Shown piece by piece: positions 17,023 to 26,758 of a DNA stretch of 32,455 nucleotides. Every line of letters begins with the position of its first letter. Position 1 is the stretch's first letter. The DNA comes from Terriglobia bacterium (GTDB lineage Bacteria; Acidobacteriota; Terriglobia; UBA7540). Under the pieces are notes generated by a model. It made no database searches. It was given only the letters and a program-made list of their open reading frames with translations, and was not told where the DNA came from. The stretch covers positions 1 to 32,455 of the forward strand of contig JAIQGH010000013.1 of assembly GCA_020072655.1 (NCBI GenBank), given 5' to 3'. The position numbers and the translations under genes are program-made.

Positions 17023-18153
17023 ATGGAACACCATACACAGAATGAGGCCGTCATCCTCGGAGAACGGATTCGAGAGGCACGTGAGCGCCTGAAGTGGACA
17101 CAGATCAAGCTTGCGATGGAAGTTGGACTGGGTTCCGCTCAGACTATTTCAACCATCGAGTCAGGAAATCGTGAGGTCAAAGCCTCAGAACTCACGAGAA
17201 TCGCTCGTGCACTGCATACGAGCATCGATAATCTTTTGAATCCCGAACTGCGCCCTGAGCCCAAGTTCGCATGGCGGGAACAACCGCAAGAGGGCTTTGA
17301 AGAACACGAGTCCCGCTTTATGGTCAAATGTGAAAGGTACGGCCTTCTTGAAAAATGGTGCAACGCAAGCAACCCGCAGCCGCTCCCCTCACTGAGATTC
17401 AGGTCGCCCTGTCCGTCGTTCGGCGATGCACAGCGCCAAGCCGATAATGTCAGGAATACTCTCCAGCTTGGTGGCAGACCCGCCTGTTCGCTCGAAAAGG
17501 CTCTTGAGGAGGATTACGGGGTCAAGGTTTTCTATGACGACCTTGGAGCAGACGGGGGCGCGGCATTTTCGCTGAAATCGTGGTTCGGAACTGCCGTGTT
17601 GCTGAATTCGTGTCACGCACCGTGGCGGAGGAATTTCAGTCTCGCTCACGAGTTCTTTCATTTGCTTACGATGAACCAATTGGATACTTGCGACAGGGAC
17701 CTCGTCGAAAAGTTGGCGAATGTGTTTGCTTCCGCACTGTTGCTACCGTCCGAGCACCTCTTGGCCGCATTTGAGGCTGGCCTAGAAAATGGCAAAATCT
17801 CATACGAGAGTCTGGTCGAGATGGCCAGAGAGTTCGGCGTTTCGATTGACGCACTGCTTTGGCGGCTGGTCAATCTGGGGAGACTTCAGCACGACATTGT
17901 CAAGGACGCTCTCGCCAGCAATCGCCTCAGGGCAATCGACAGAGCAAGCGTTCCGAGCTGGGACCCAGCACCTCGCCTACCTGAACGGTTTGTTCGGTTG
18001 TGTTTTCTCGCATATAGGCAAGGGAAAATCGGTTTGGCGAAGTTGGCCGAATTCCTAGAGACCAGCATCGTGGATTTGGCAGAGCAGGTTTACGAAACGG
18101 GAGCTGAAGCAGCAGACGGTGAACAAACCAAAATTACTGTTGCTGGATGCTGA
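17023..18153 (+). CDS. fused XRE-family HTH plus ImmA/IrrE-family (COG2856) zinc metallopeptidase
   Basis: N-terminal HTH (LKWTQIKLAMEVGLGSAQTISTIESGNRE). C-terminal HEXXH zinc site (SLAHEFFHLLTM) in the context typical of ImmA/IrrE peptidases. Confidence 0.7.
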   Translation: MEHHTQNEAVILGERIREARERLKWTQIKLAMEVGLGSAQTISTIESGNREVKASELTRIARALHTSIDNLLNPELRPEPKFAWREQPQEGFEEHESRFMVKCERYGLLEKWCNASNPQPLPSLRFRSPCPSFGDAQRQADNVRNTLQLGGRPACSLEKALEEDYGVKVFYDDLGADGGAAFSLKSWFGTAVLLNSCHAPWRRNFSLAHEFFHLLTMNQLDTCDRDLVEKLANVFASALLLPSEHLLAAFEAGLENGKISYESLVEMAREFGVSIDALLWRLVNLGRLQHDIVKDALASNRLRAIDRASVPSWDPAPRLPERFVRLCFLAYRQGKIGLAKLAEFLETSIVDLAEQVYETGAEAADGEQTKITVAGC

Positions 18154-18670
18154 TGTCATCGTGTTTGCACATCAGTTCGGGGTCTGGGCCGGTCTCGTGA
18201 GTGCCTATGAAGTCCACGTTCCAGCAACCGTCATTGAAGAAGCGAAATTCTTCATATCGAAAGACGGCCGAAAGAGCATTGACCTCAAGGCGGACGAGGC
18301 TGCTGGCCGTATCCGGCGGCTAGAAACTACCGCAACGAGAATATTTGAAACATTCAAGGACTTCGAGCCAACCTTTCTTGCTGCTCTCCACGACGGTGAG
18401 AAGGAAGCGATAGCGATTCTTATGACCGAAGCGGAAAGCGGCCTAGTCTTTTGCACCGGCGACATCATTGCGGTACAGTCGGTTGGTATGCTGGGACTTT
18501 GCGAATCCTGTCTGTCCTTTGAAGAGGTCTTACGGTTAGCAGGACTTCTGAAGTTGGTTTCGGGTCTCGGGCCCCCGCTAAGAAAGAGCACTACCGAATT
18601 CCACCTCGAAAAGGGTAAAACGAGGCGTACCACCGGAGAATGCTTTACGAAATCTCCCCTGTCTCGGTGA
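18119..18670 (+). CDS. PIN-like nuclease domain protein (DUF4411-like), predicted toxin partner
   Basis: PIN acidic quartet pattern: LLLDADVIV (beta1 Asp), VIEEAK (Glu), HDGEKEAIA, and FCTGDIIA (TxD). Overlaps the upstream gene by 35 nt. Confidence 0.5.
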   Translation: MNKPKLLLLDADVIVFAHQFGVWAGLVSAYEVHVPATVIEEAKFFISKDGRKSIDLKADEAAGRIRRLETTATRIFETFKDFEPTFLAALHDGEKEAIAILMTEAESGLVFCTGDIIAVQSVGMLGLCESCLSFEEVLRLAGLLKLVSGLGPPLRKSTTEFHLEKGKTRRTTGECFTKSPLSR

Positions 18671-19074
18671 TGCCTTGCATCTTCGCCCCTCAAAATTCCT
18701 CAATCTTTGTCGCAGTCTGCATCGAATTTTGCCAGGGCTGACAATTCAGCCGCCCTAGACGGCCTGGAGCCCGTGTGGTATGGTCAGCGACAACCTCCAG
18801 TCAGAAGGACATTATGAAATGGCCCGTTGTGCATCGGAAGCCTAGGGCGCCCTGTCCGATATGCCATCAAGGGTTCCGCGACGCGACAGACGCGGAGTGT
18901 GGGCGTGGCGGTGGAAGTTCCACCTACTGTCCGAACGGCACAAGAAATACGTCGCGTCCCAGCAAAAGAAGCAGGTGACGGACTGAGGCTGCGACGGGCC
19001 ATTGCATGTTGAACCTCTCAGTTGTAGGTTGGCCACCGTAATACAAGTCTCCCGGTACGCCCGTCGAGGTAGTC

Positions 19075-19485
19075 ATGCGCAGGTTGAGGCTATCCATCCC
19101 CCCGCTGGTGATTTTGCTCCTCACTCCCTTCTTATTTGGCAAGGATGACTGGAGGCGAGAGGGTTTCACGGTACCCGCCAGTCAAGTCTATCAGGCCGCG
19201 AAGAGGGTTATCAGCCAACACCACGAGCTAAAAGCCAGTGATGACGAGCGGATGATACTCCGCTTCCATGTTGGCACAACGGCTTGGTCCTGGGGTTACA
19301 ACATCAGCATGACGGTCGAAGCGACTGGCGAGAGAACCTCAGAAGCCTGGGTTGCAATCGAGAAATCGGGAGGGCCCGTTTTCTCTTGGGGGTCTGGCAG
19401 CAAAGAAGTGAAGAAAATCTGGGGCTGGATTCACGAGGAATTGTACCGGGGCACGCAGGGGAGAGACAAGGCAGCGAAGGAGTAG
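19075..19485 (+). CDS. secreted hypothetical protein
   Basis: Signal-peptide-like N-terminus (LSIPPLVILLLTPFLFG). No recognisable domain. Confidence 0.4.
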   Translation: MRRLRLSIPPLVILLLTPFLFGKDDWRREGFTVPASQVYQAAKRVISQHHELKASDDERMILRFHVGTTAWSWGYNISMTVEATGERTSEAWVAIEKSGGPVFSWGSGSKEVKKIWGWIHEELYRGTQGRDKAAKE

Positions 19486-19541
19486 TTGGCATCACACTCA
19501 GGAGACGGGTCTATCTCAGGGCCAGCGTTGAAGTTCGCGCT

Positions 19542-19775
19542 TCAGCGTTGGCCGCGTTTCTTTTGGCCCTTCTTTCTTCCTCGGCCTTTACGGTAAGACT
19601 TCTCCTTGTAACGCTGGACGCGCTCCACATCGCGGGAACTCCAGAGTCGCACGCTGACCCCACCAATGCGGCGTTTTGGAGGCGCCGGGAGCTTGCCCTG
19701 TGACACCCAGCGTTGCAACGTAATCGGATGCAACCTGCACTTCCTAGCGGCTTCCACTGTCGAGTAAACAGCCAT
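19542..19775 (-). CDS. small basic HTH DNA-binding protein (AlpA/MerR/excisionase-like)
   Basis: 77 aa with an HTH (VEAARKCRLHPITLQRWVSQGKLP) and a Lys/Arg-rich tail. The only leftward gene in the right half of the element. Confidence 0.45.
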   Translation of the reverse strand: MAVYSTVEAARKCRLHPITLQRWVSQGKLPAPPKRRIGGVSVRLWSSRDVERVQRYKEKSYRKGRGRKKGQKKRGQR

Positions 19776-19883
19776 CGCTAGATACCACTAGCATATTTCT
19801 CTTGACTTCGTCAAGACCTTTTTTTACGATGGGGGTAGAAAAGGAAAGCCCCGGAGTCAGCCGGGGCGGAACCGTGAAGTTCA

Positions 19884-20825
19884 GTGAAACGCTTGCCAAA
19901 GGATAGACCATCCCGCCAGACTAATGCAAGCTGGCAAGCAAAAACGCCAGAGAGACGTAAGAGCTTTCAGGCCAGCCGACCACAACCCGCCGGGCGGGAA
20001 TCTAGGGTTGTCGTGTCGGAATCGAACGATTGGCTATCAGAAAGGCTTTCACGGAAAGGCCGTGCCGCATTCGACAAGCTGTGCAAGATGGGATGTGATA
20101 GGCAAACCCTTGAGGGCTTGTTCATCTGGCTGACAACCAGTCCTGTCAAAATCCAACCTCAGACCGCTCCTCCGCGTAAAAGACCAGGGCTACAGATCAC
20201 GGGGGGTTTTGTTTCCTCTAAGCCTTCTGCACCATCGGCGAACATGGGGGAGCCAAAACAAAATAACGCGCTGAACCTGCTAAACCTGCGACCACAATCC
20301 CATGACCGGAAGCCAAAAGAATATGAATTGTCACTGCATCCGCTAGACACCTGGAAGACGGTTCTCCATCCTATTAGCAGCAAGGCTCAACTCAAGCAAA
20401 TTGTTTGCTCGGCAAAATACTTAGCGGGGGCGGTTGACCGGTTACGCCGTTCTCTCTTGGTTCGGTTGCTCGCGGAGCGAGCCGAAATCTCCTCGGGGGA
20501 CCTGCTTGAACCTGACTTTGGTACTAGCTGGCTTCCCGCCTGTCAAGGCGAAAGCCATTCCCCCAAGGTGAGCCGTGCATTCAATACCCTTCTGCAACTA
20601 TCACAGCTTGTGAAAGAACTGACAAAGGAACTTGGCCCCCGAAAGAGGCCGGATTACACTCGCCGTCGCAAAGCGATCCACAAATACATCCATAAACAGA
20701 CCGGAAGGTGGTATGACGAGCACGTGGCCCACATTCTAGATGACCTCTTACCTCATCATCCCGACAAACCCTTTAGTGGTGTCGGTGTCAAACAGTGGCG
20801 CTATTCCCACGGCCTCACTGACTAG
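19884..20825 (+). CDS. hypothetical protein
   Basis: 313-aa ORF with coding-like composition. No recognisable domain. Confidence 0.4.
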   Translation: MKRLPKDRPSRQTNASWQAKTPERRKSFQASRPQPAGRESRVVVSESNDWLSERLSRKGRAAFDKLCKMGCDRQTLEGLFIWLTTSPVKIQPQTAPPRKRPGLQITGGFVSSKPSAPSANMGEPKQNNALNLLNLRPQSHDRKPKEYELSLHPLDTWKTVLHPISSKAQLKQIVCSAKYLAGAVDRLRRSLLVRLLAERAEISSGDLLEPDFGTSWLPACQGESHSPKVSRAFNTLLQLSQLVKELTKELGPRKRPDYTRRRKAIHKYIHKQTGRWYDEHVAHILDDLLPHHPDKPFSGVGVKQWRYSHGLTD

Positions 20826-20905
20826 CCAAGTAACGCGAACTCCCCCCAAATAATTCTCTTGGTGTTACCGATATACGATGCTCACTGGGTATACGCTCAC
20901 CCTCG

Positions 20906-21217
20906 ATGCTAGACGAGAACCACATCGACGGGAGGGACAGGACAGTGAAGCAGCGAGAGGTCTTGCTTTCCGTGCCTGAATTCTCGGACGCGCTTAGCGT
21001 GACTCACGCGTGTACACGCCACTGGTTGCATGAGCGGAGAATTTCCAGCGTGAAAGTTGGGAGACTCCGCAAAATCCCAGAATCCGAAATTGACAGGATC
21101 GTCAGCGAAGGTTTCTGCCCCGCGAAGCCCCGGCCAGAGGTGCGTCAGCGTTCTCGTGTCGGTGGAGTGTTGGGTCTTTCAGGAGCCAACACTGCGATGT
21201 GTGCGGAAGGGGCTTGA
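20906..21217 (+). CDS. HTH_17/excisionase-family DNA-binding protein
   Basis: LSVPEFSDALSVTHACTRHWLHERRISSVKVGRLRKIPESEIDRIV is an AlpA/Xis-type HTH with a following wing. Confidence 0.45.
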   Translation: MLDENHIDGRDRTVKQREVLLSVPEFSDALSVTHACTRHWLHERRISSVKVGRLRKIPESEIDRIVSEGFCPAKPRPEVRQRSRVGGVLGLSGANTAMCAEGA

Positions 21218-21250
21218 GGGCGAACCTGTGATTACCGTGCGAAGCATCTC

Positions 21251-21589
21251 GTGGCAAGACGCACCTTCGGCGCGGACAACGCCGAAAGGTGTGAACTTTT
21301 CGTGGAGACGATTGGACAAATGCAACGTAGCACTCAAACCTACCCGCTGTCAACTCCCACCCAGGACAGCGTTGAAGGCGTGATTGGCGGGAGCATTTTC
21401 GCGCTCCGTGAGCGGGAGTGTGAACTCTTCGCCGAAGATTCTCAATCGCCAGTCGCTCTTCGGCTGGCTTTGCTTCGCGGCGAGCTTTTACGGCTTTTGT
21501 CCGGCCTCCCTGTTCGGATTGACTCTTTGATCCGGGCGATAGGCCCTGATGATCGAGAGGGAGCGAGTCGTGGGGAGGTTCGTCTGTGA
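21251..21589 (+). CDS. hypothetical protein
   Basis: 112-aa ORF lying between the HTH gene and the replication initiator. Weak. Confidence 0.3.
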   Translation: MARRTFGADNAERCELFVETIGQMQRSTQTYPLSTPTQDSVEGVIGGSIFALRERECELFAEDSQSPVALRLALLRGELLRLLSGLPVRIDSLIRAIGPDDREGASRGEVRL

Positions 21590-22521
21590 AAGTCGCGGAC
21601 TCGACAGGCGCCACGAATTTCCTCTTCCCGGTGAGCAACGGGCTTCTAACCCCAAAGCACCGGGAACGCATCGGAATCGCTGTTTGGGAGTTTGCCTGGA
21701 TGATTGACCGGACCACAGCGGAGCGCGATGGCTGGGGCCTGGTTCTGGGTGGAATCCCTGTTACCTACGCTCGGCTCTCGAAAGACTTGGGACTGTCCCT
21801 CACAACTGTCCGCGAGAACTGCCAACGGCTGGTGAAGCATGGGTATCTTCGCACCATCCGAACCCCTCGCGGCCTCAAAATCGAAGTCAGGAAGTCGAAG
21901 AAATTCGCCTGGAAAAGTGAGTGTCGGGAAACCGACGATCACATTGGCAGTGATAGTCGGAAAACCGACGATCACAGGGGTACTGATCGCCGGAAAACCG
22001 ACGATGCAATAAGACCTAACAGTAAAGAAGACCTAACACTTCTTCCTTCGCCTTCGGAAAATCCGAAGGCTCAGGCTGGCGATACCGCTACGCGGGAAAA
22101 ACAAAAACCCTCAGAGGCAGCCTATGGTCTGGCAGACGAACTCCGGCGGCTCATTCTCGAAAACAACCCCAAAAACCGAATCCGGGATAACGCACGCTGG
22201 CTCAGTTCTTGGGACAACTGGGCACTTGAAGCAGACCGGATGATGCGCCTTGACGGGAGAACTGAGGCGGAAATACGTCGAGCAATGACCTGGAGCCAGA
22301 GAGACAGTTTTTGGCGCAGCAACATCCTCTCGATGGGAAAGCTGAGAGAAAAATACGACCAGCTCTACATGAGAATGCAGGACGAACCGAAGCAGAGCAA
22401 GAGCAACGGCCAGGGCAGGCTGGAGACTCCGCGCCCGGTCGGCACCCCTGATCCCCGGCGGCAGACCTCGCCTGAGGACGAGGCGCGATACGCAAAACAT
22501 GAACGGAGGGACGCGGTATGA
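21586..22521 (+). CDS. putative replication initiator (winged-HTH) containing internal iterons
   Basis: GTG start with a GGGGAGG RBS. wHTH segment (TYARLSKDLGLSLTTVRENCQRLVKHGYLRTIRTPRGLKIEV). Its stop overlaps the DnaB start (ATGA). A tandem-repeat block sits in the middle of the gene. Confidence 0.45.
   Translation: MKVADSTGATNFLFPVSNGLLTPKHRERIGIAVWEFAWMIDRTTAERDGWGLVLGGIPVTYARLSKDLGLSLTTVRENCQRLVKHGYLRTIRTPRGLKIEVRKSKKFAWKSECRETDDHIGSDSRKTDDHRGTDRRKTDDAIRPNSKEDLTLLPSPSENPKAQAGDTATREKQKPSEAAYGLADELRRLILENNPKNRIRDNARWLSSWDNWALEADRMMRLDGRTEAEIRRAMTWSQRDSFWRSNILSMGKLREKYDQLYMRMQDEPKQSKSNGQGRLETPRPVGTPDPRRQTSPEDEARYAKHERRDAV
21926..22038 (+). repeat. iteron-like direct repeats (3 x ~17 bp at 33-bp period, plus 2 x agacctaaca)
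   Basis: gggaaaccgacgatcac (21926-21942), ggaaaaccgacgatcac (21959-21975), ggaaaaccgacgatgca (21992-22008), then agacctaaca at 22012-22021 and 22029-22038. All lie inside the initiator CDS. 33 bp is about 3 helical turns. Confidence 0.5.
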
Positions 22522-23849
22522 AGGAGCTACTTCCCTGCAACGTTGAAGTCGAGAGGGCTCTCCTCGGGGCAATCCTGCTGGATAACACCTATCTCTATGT
22601 CGCCGCCGAGCGCCTTTCTCGGGACGATTTCTTCTCAGAAGCGAACCGCCTGTGCTGGGACGCCATGAAAGCGCTGATCGAGAAGCGAGTCCAGGCCGAC
22701 ACCGTGACCGTGATCGCTGAGCTTGAGCGGCAGGGGTTTCTTGAGAAGTGCGGGGGCGCCGTCCGCGTCTGTGCTCTACCAGATGGTGTTCCAATCGGGC
22801 CGGGTACGCCCATTCCCGATTACTGCCACATCATCCACGAGGGATCAGCGAAACGTAAAATTCTCAACCTGTCGCAAAAAGTCGTGGCGGAGGTGGCGGA
22901 CGGCGTAGGGAGTACCGAGATTATTGAAGCCGCCGAGTCGGTGATGGCGGAGATTCGTGGAGAGGAAGAGAAGGCCAGTCGGGGGGCCATGCCGATTTCA
23001 GAACTCGTGACCGAGTGTCTGCCCATCCTCGACCACATGAGCGGGAAAGGCGTCAGGCTTGGAATCCCTTCAGGCTTTGCGGACCTGGACGCGCTGACGG
23101 GGGGCTTCGTGCCCAGCGACATGGTGATTTTAGCGGGACGGCCTTCAGAGGGGAAGACTGCGCTCGCCCTTGAGTTTCTGTTGCGCGCCGCGAAAGCAGG
23201 GCATCCCGTTGCTATGTTCTCCCTCGAAATGAGCCGCACTTCGCTAGTGCTCCGGCTGCTCTGCCGTGAGGCAAGGATAGATCACCACAAACTGCGAACT
23301 GGGTTTCTCAGCCGGGAAGAGTGGGGGCAGCTTTCCAATTCCCTTTCGACTGTACGGAAACTTCCGATCTGGGTAGATGACCGGGCGGATGCTTCAGCCT
23401 CGGGCCTGCGCTGGCGGATTCGTTCCCTCGCGCATCGGGCGGCTGTGAAGTTGGTTGTTGTGGACTATCTCCAACTTGTTCGAGCAAAAGCAGAGAATCG
23501 AACCCAGGAAGTGACGAAGATTTCGCTGGAGCTGAAGGCGGCTGCGCGCGACCTAGGAGAAATCTGCGGCGGCACGCTGATCGCAGTTTCTCAACTGAAC
23601 CGCATCGCCGCGAATGAGAGGCCGCGCCTTCATCACCTGCGAGAGAGCGGCCAACTCGAACAGGACGCAGATGTCGTGTTGTTGATCTCGAACGCAGAAC
23701 CGGCGGAAAACGGCCAGGAAAAGCCGAACACGAAAATTATCGACGTGACAAAGCAGCGAAATGGGCCGTGCGGCGATTTCCCATTGACCTTCCTGCCGCG
23801 ATGGGTGGGCTTTGAGGACTACATCCCGGAAGAGGTGACGCTGCCCTGA
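22518..23849 (+). CDS. dnaB: replicative DNA helicase, DnaB family
   Basis: The N-terminal DnaB domain (VEVERALLGAILLDNTYLYVAAERLSRDDFFSEANRLCWDAM) is present. The RecA-like domain has Walker A AGRPSEGKTALALEF, and the DYLQLV motif is also present. Confidence 0.85.
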   Translation: MKELLPCNVEVERALLGAILLDNTYLYVAAERLSRDDFFSEANRLCWDAMKALIEKRVQADTVTVIAELERQGFLEKCGGAVRVCALPDGVPIGPGTPIPDYCHIIHEGSAKRKILNLSQKVVAEVADGVGSTEIIEAAESVMAEIRGEEEKASRGAMPISELVTECLPILDHMSGKGVRLGIPSGFADLDALTGGFVPSDMVILAGRPSEGKTALALEFLLRAAKAGHPVAMFSLEMSRTSLVLRLLCREARIDHHKLRTGFLSREEWGQLSNSLSTVRKLPIWVDDRADASASGLRWRIRSLAHRAAVKLVVVDYLQLVRAKAENRTQEVTKISLELKAAARDLGEICGGTLIAVSQLNRIAANERPRLHHLRESGQLEQDADVVLLISNAEPAENGQEKPNTKIIDVTKQRNGPCGDFPLTFLPRWVGFEDYIPEEVTLP

Positions 23850-23884
23850 ACGCCAAGCACAAGGGCGTTGACAATTCGGCAAGC

Positions 23885-24104
23885 ATGGAGTGGCTGGACC
23901 TTAAGCGGCTCCAGGATTATGCAGCGGTGTCAGAGCGCACGTTGCGCGACTGGATTCGGCTCGAAGTCAACCCCTTGCCAGCGGTTCAGGTGCGCGGAAA
24001 GATTCTGGTGCGGAAATCCGATTTCGACCACTGGCTTGACCAACACAAAGTGAAACCGCTTGACCTTGGGGTTATTGTGGAAGAGTTAGTGGGGGCCGTG
24101 ACGG

Positions 24105-24115
<11 letters not shown>
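23885..24115 (+). CDS. xis: excisionase (Xis, HTH_17 family)
   Basis: 76 aa (LKRLQDYAAVSERTLRDWIRLEVNPLPAVQVRGKILVRKSDFDHWL), immediately upstream of and overlapping the integrase start. Confidence 0.55.
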
Positions 24116-25400
<1,285 letters not shown>

Positions 25401-25659
25401 TCAGCGTTGCCGCCAGACCTCTGGGTGAGCATTTGAGAGGAGAATAGAATGGCGGACGCGCCCCGCCAAACTAAACCCGCAGTGAGTCTAGGAAATCGGT
25501 CAGGTGATGTCAAGGAATTTTTGAGGATTTTTTTGTACAACCAACTTCTTTGTTTACAGTAACTTACACCAATTTCTGGAGCACATTCCCAGAATCTCAC
25601 GAATTCTTGGGAAAACGAGCTAACACTAATTTAAAGCTATGAATTACAAAGACTTGCGT

Positions 25660-26748
25660 CTATCTTAAATTCAAGCGAATGATCGTTTCTCGTTCCGTGT
25701 CGGCCCATGTCCACTGGGGGAACCACCTCATTGCCGCGCGCCGGAAAAGGAAAATGATGATTCCACCTCCCACAGCGAAACCAGCGATGATGAAGGATAA
25801 GAGGATGTTAGCGAGCACCAATCGCACCACTTCCAGTGTGAACGACTGCTCGTTCGGTGCCTTCTCATTCCAGCTCAGGTTGGAGGAAACCTGAAACTGC
25901 TCCATCAGTTTTTCGGCGACACTCGGGGAAGTGGCGTCGAGCACCAGGAAGACGTATGAGCTGCCGCGGCGCCCATAAATCGAATCGCGCCCGCGATCCT
26001 GGTTGATTCCCAGCAGGCTTTCCATCATTCCGAACCTGGCTCGCGCGATTTGCGGTGTAGGGTAGGTAATGGCCAGCACGGTGGCACGTGACGGCCCCGT
26101 GCGATAGCTTCCCACCTGGGCCTCCGCGCCTTGCGAGAAGCCAATCAGATCTGTTCGGAAGTTTGGCAGCACGCGCCGCGCGGCCTCCAGGCCGAGCAGG
26201 TATCTCGTCGAGCTTCGGATTAGTCCATCCGGTGGAAGAGGAGAGGGAAGGCGCTTCGCGTCCTGTGCCGACGGCCGAGTCCCGCCAATGAAAATCAACA
26301 GGGCCCGGAATTCATTGTCGGAGACGGCGGAAGCCGCTGGCCTCGCCACGCGGAGGAAAAAGCGTCCGCGCGCCATGAGAGCCCCCTCCGGCCCAATGAG
26401 GGTTAACTCCATATCCTTGATGGGTGCCATTGAATCCGTCTGATAGAAAGTGAGTAGGCCATAGGCGGCCGTCGGGTCCGACGCCTCTTCGAGCAGCGCT
26501 TCTGCGGTGTGCTCTCCCAGGTGGTATTTGCGCAACACAGGTGTCTTCACGCCATATTCGCGCTCGATGGCCGGGTCGCCCCCCCACTGGCTCACCGCGT
26601 CAAGATCGAGCGGCTCGGTGCTCACCAGATGCCAGTTTGCGGCCGGCACAAGCGGAATGACGGTATGTTTCTGGGCGCGGAGCGCGCTGGGGAAGCCCAG
26701 CACGCCAAGGAGAAGCGCACACTGCCAAGTGGGCCAGCGAAGCATCAA
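25660..26748 (-). CDS. hypothetical secreted protein with C-terminal membrane anchor
   Basis: N-terminal signal peptide (LLLGVLGFPSALRA) and a C-terminal TM helix (LANILLSFIIAGFAVGGGIIIFLF). No recognisable catalytic motif. Confidence 0.5.
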   Translation of the reverse strand: MMLRWPTWQCALLLGVLGFPSALRAQKHTVIPLVPAANWHLVSTEPLDLDAVSQWGGDPAIEREYGVKTPVLRKYHLGEHTAEALLEEASDPTAAYGLLTFYQTDSMAPIKDMELTLIGPEGALMARGRFFLRVARPAASAVSDNEFRALLIFIGGTRPSAQDAKRLPSPLPPDGLIRSSTRYLLGLEAARRVLPNFRTDLIGFSQGAEAQVGSYRTGPSRATVLAITYPTPQIARARFGMMESLLGINQDRGRDSIYGRRGSSYVFLVLDATSPSVAEKLMEQFQVSSNLSWNEKAPNEQSFTLEVVRLVLANILLSFIIAGFAVGGGIIIFLFRRAAMRWFPQWTWADTERETIIRLNLR

Positions 26749-26758
26749 GATTAGAATA

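Noticed and set aside
18775-18978. 67-aa ORF with CPICHQGF...C...C pattern in the 18.7-19.1 kb gap
   Set aside because: Possible small zinc-finger protein, but no RBS and overlapping antisense ORFs of similar size. Left uncalled as ambiguous.
21926-22038. Tandem repeats considered as a possible CRISPR array
   Set aside because: Only three repeat units, all inside a protein-coding gene, with a 33-bp period, no unique spacers of constant length and no cas genes. Interpreted as iterons and a peptide-linker repeat instead.
22111-22794. 227-aa and 128-aa minus-strand ORFs antisense to the initiator and DnaB genes
   Set aside because: Arg/Pro-rich antisense artefacts. DnaB and initiator frames are supported by motifs and translational coupling.
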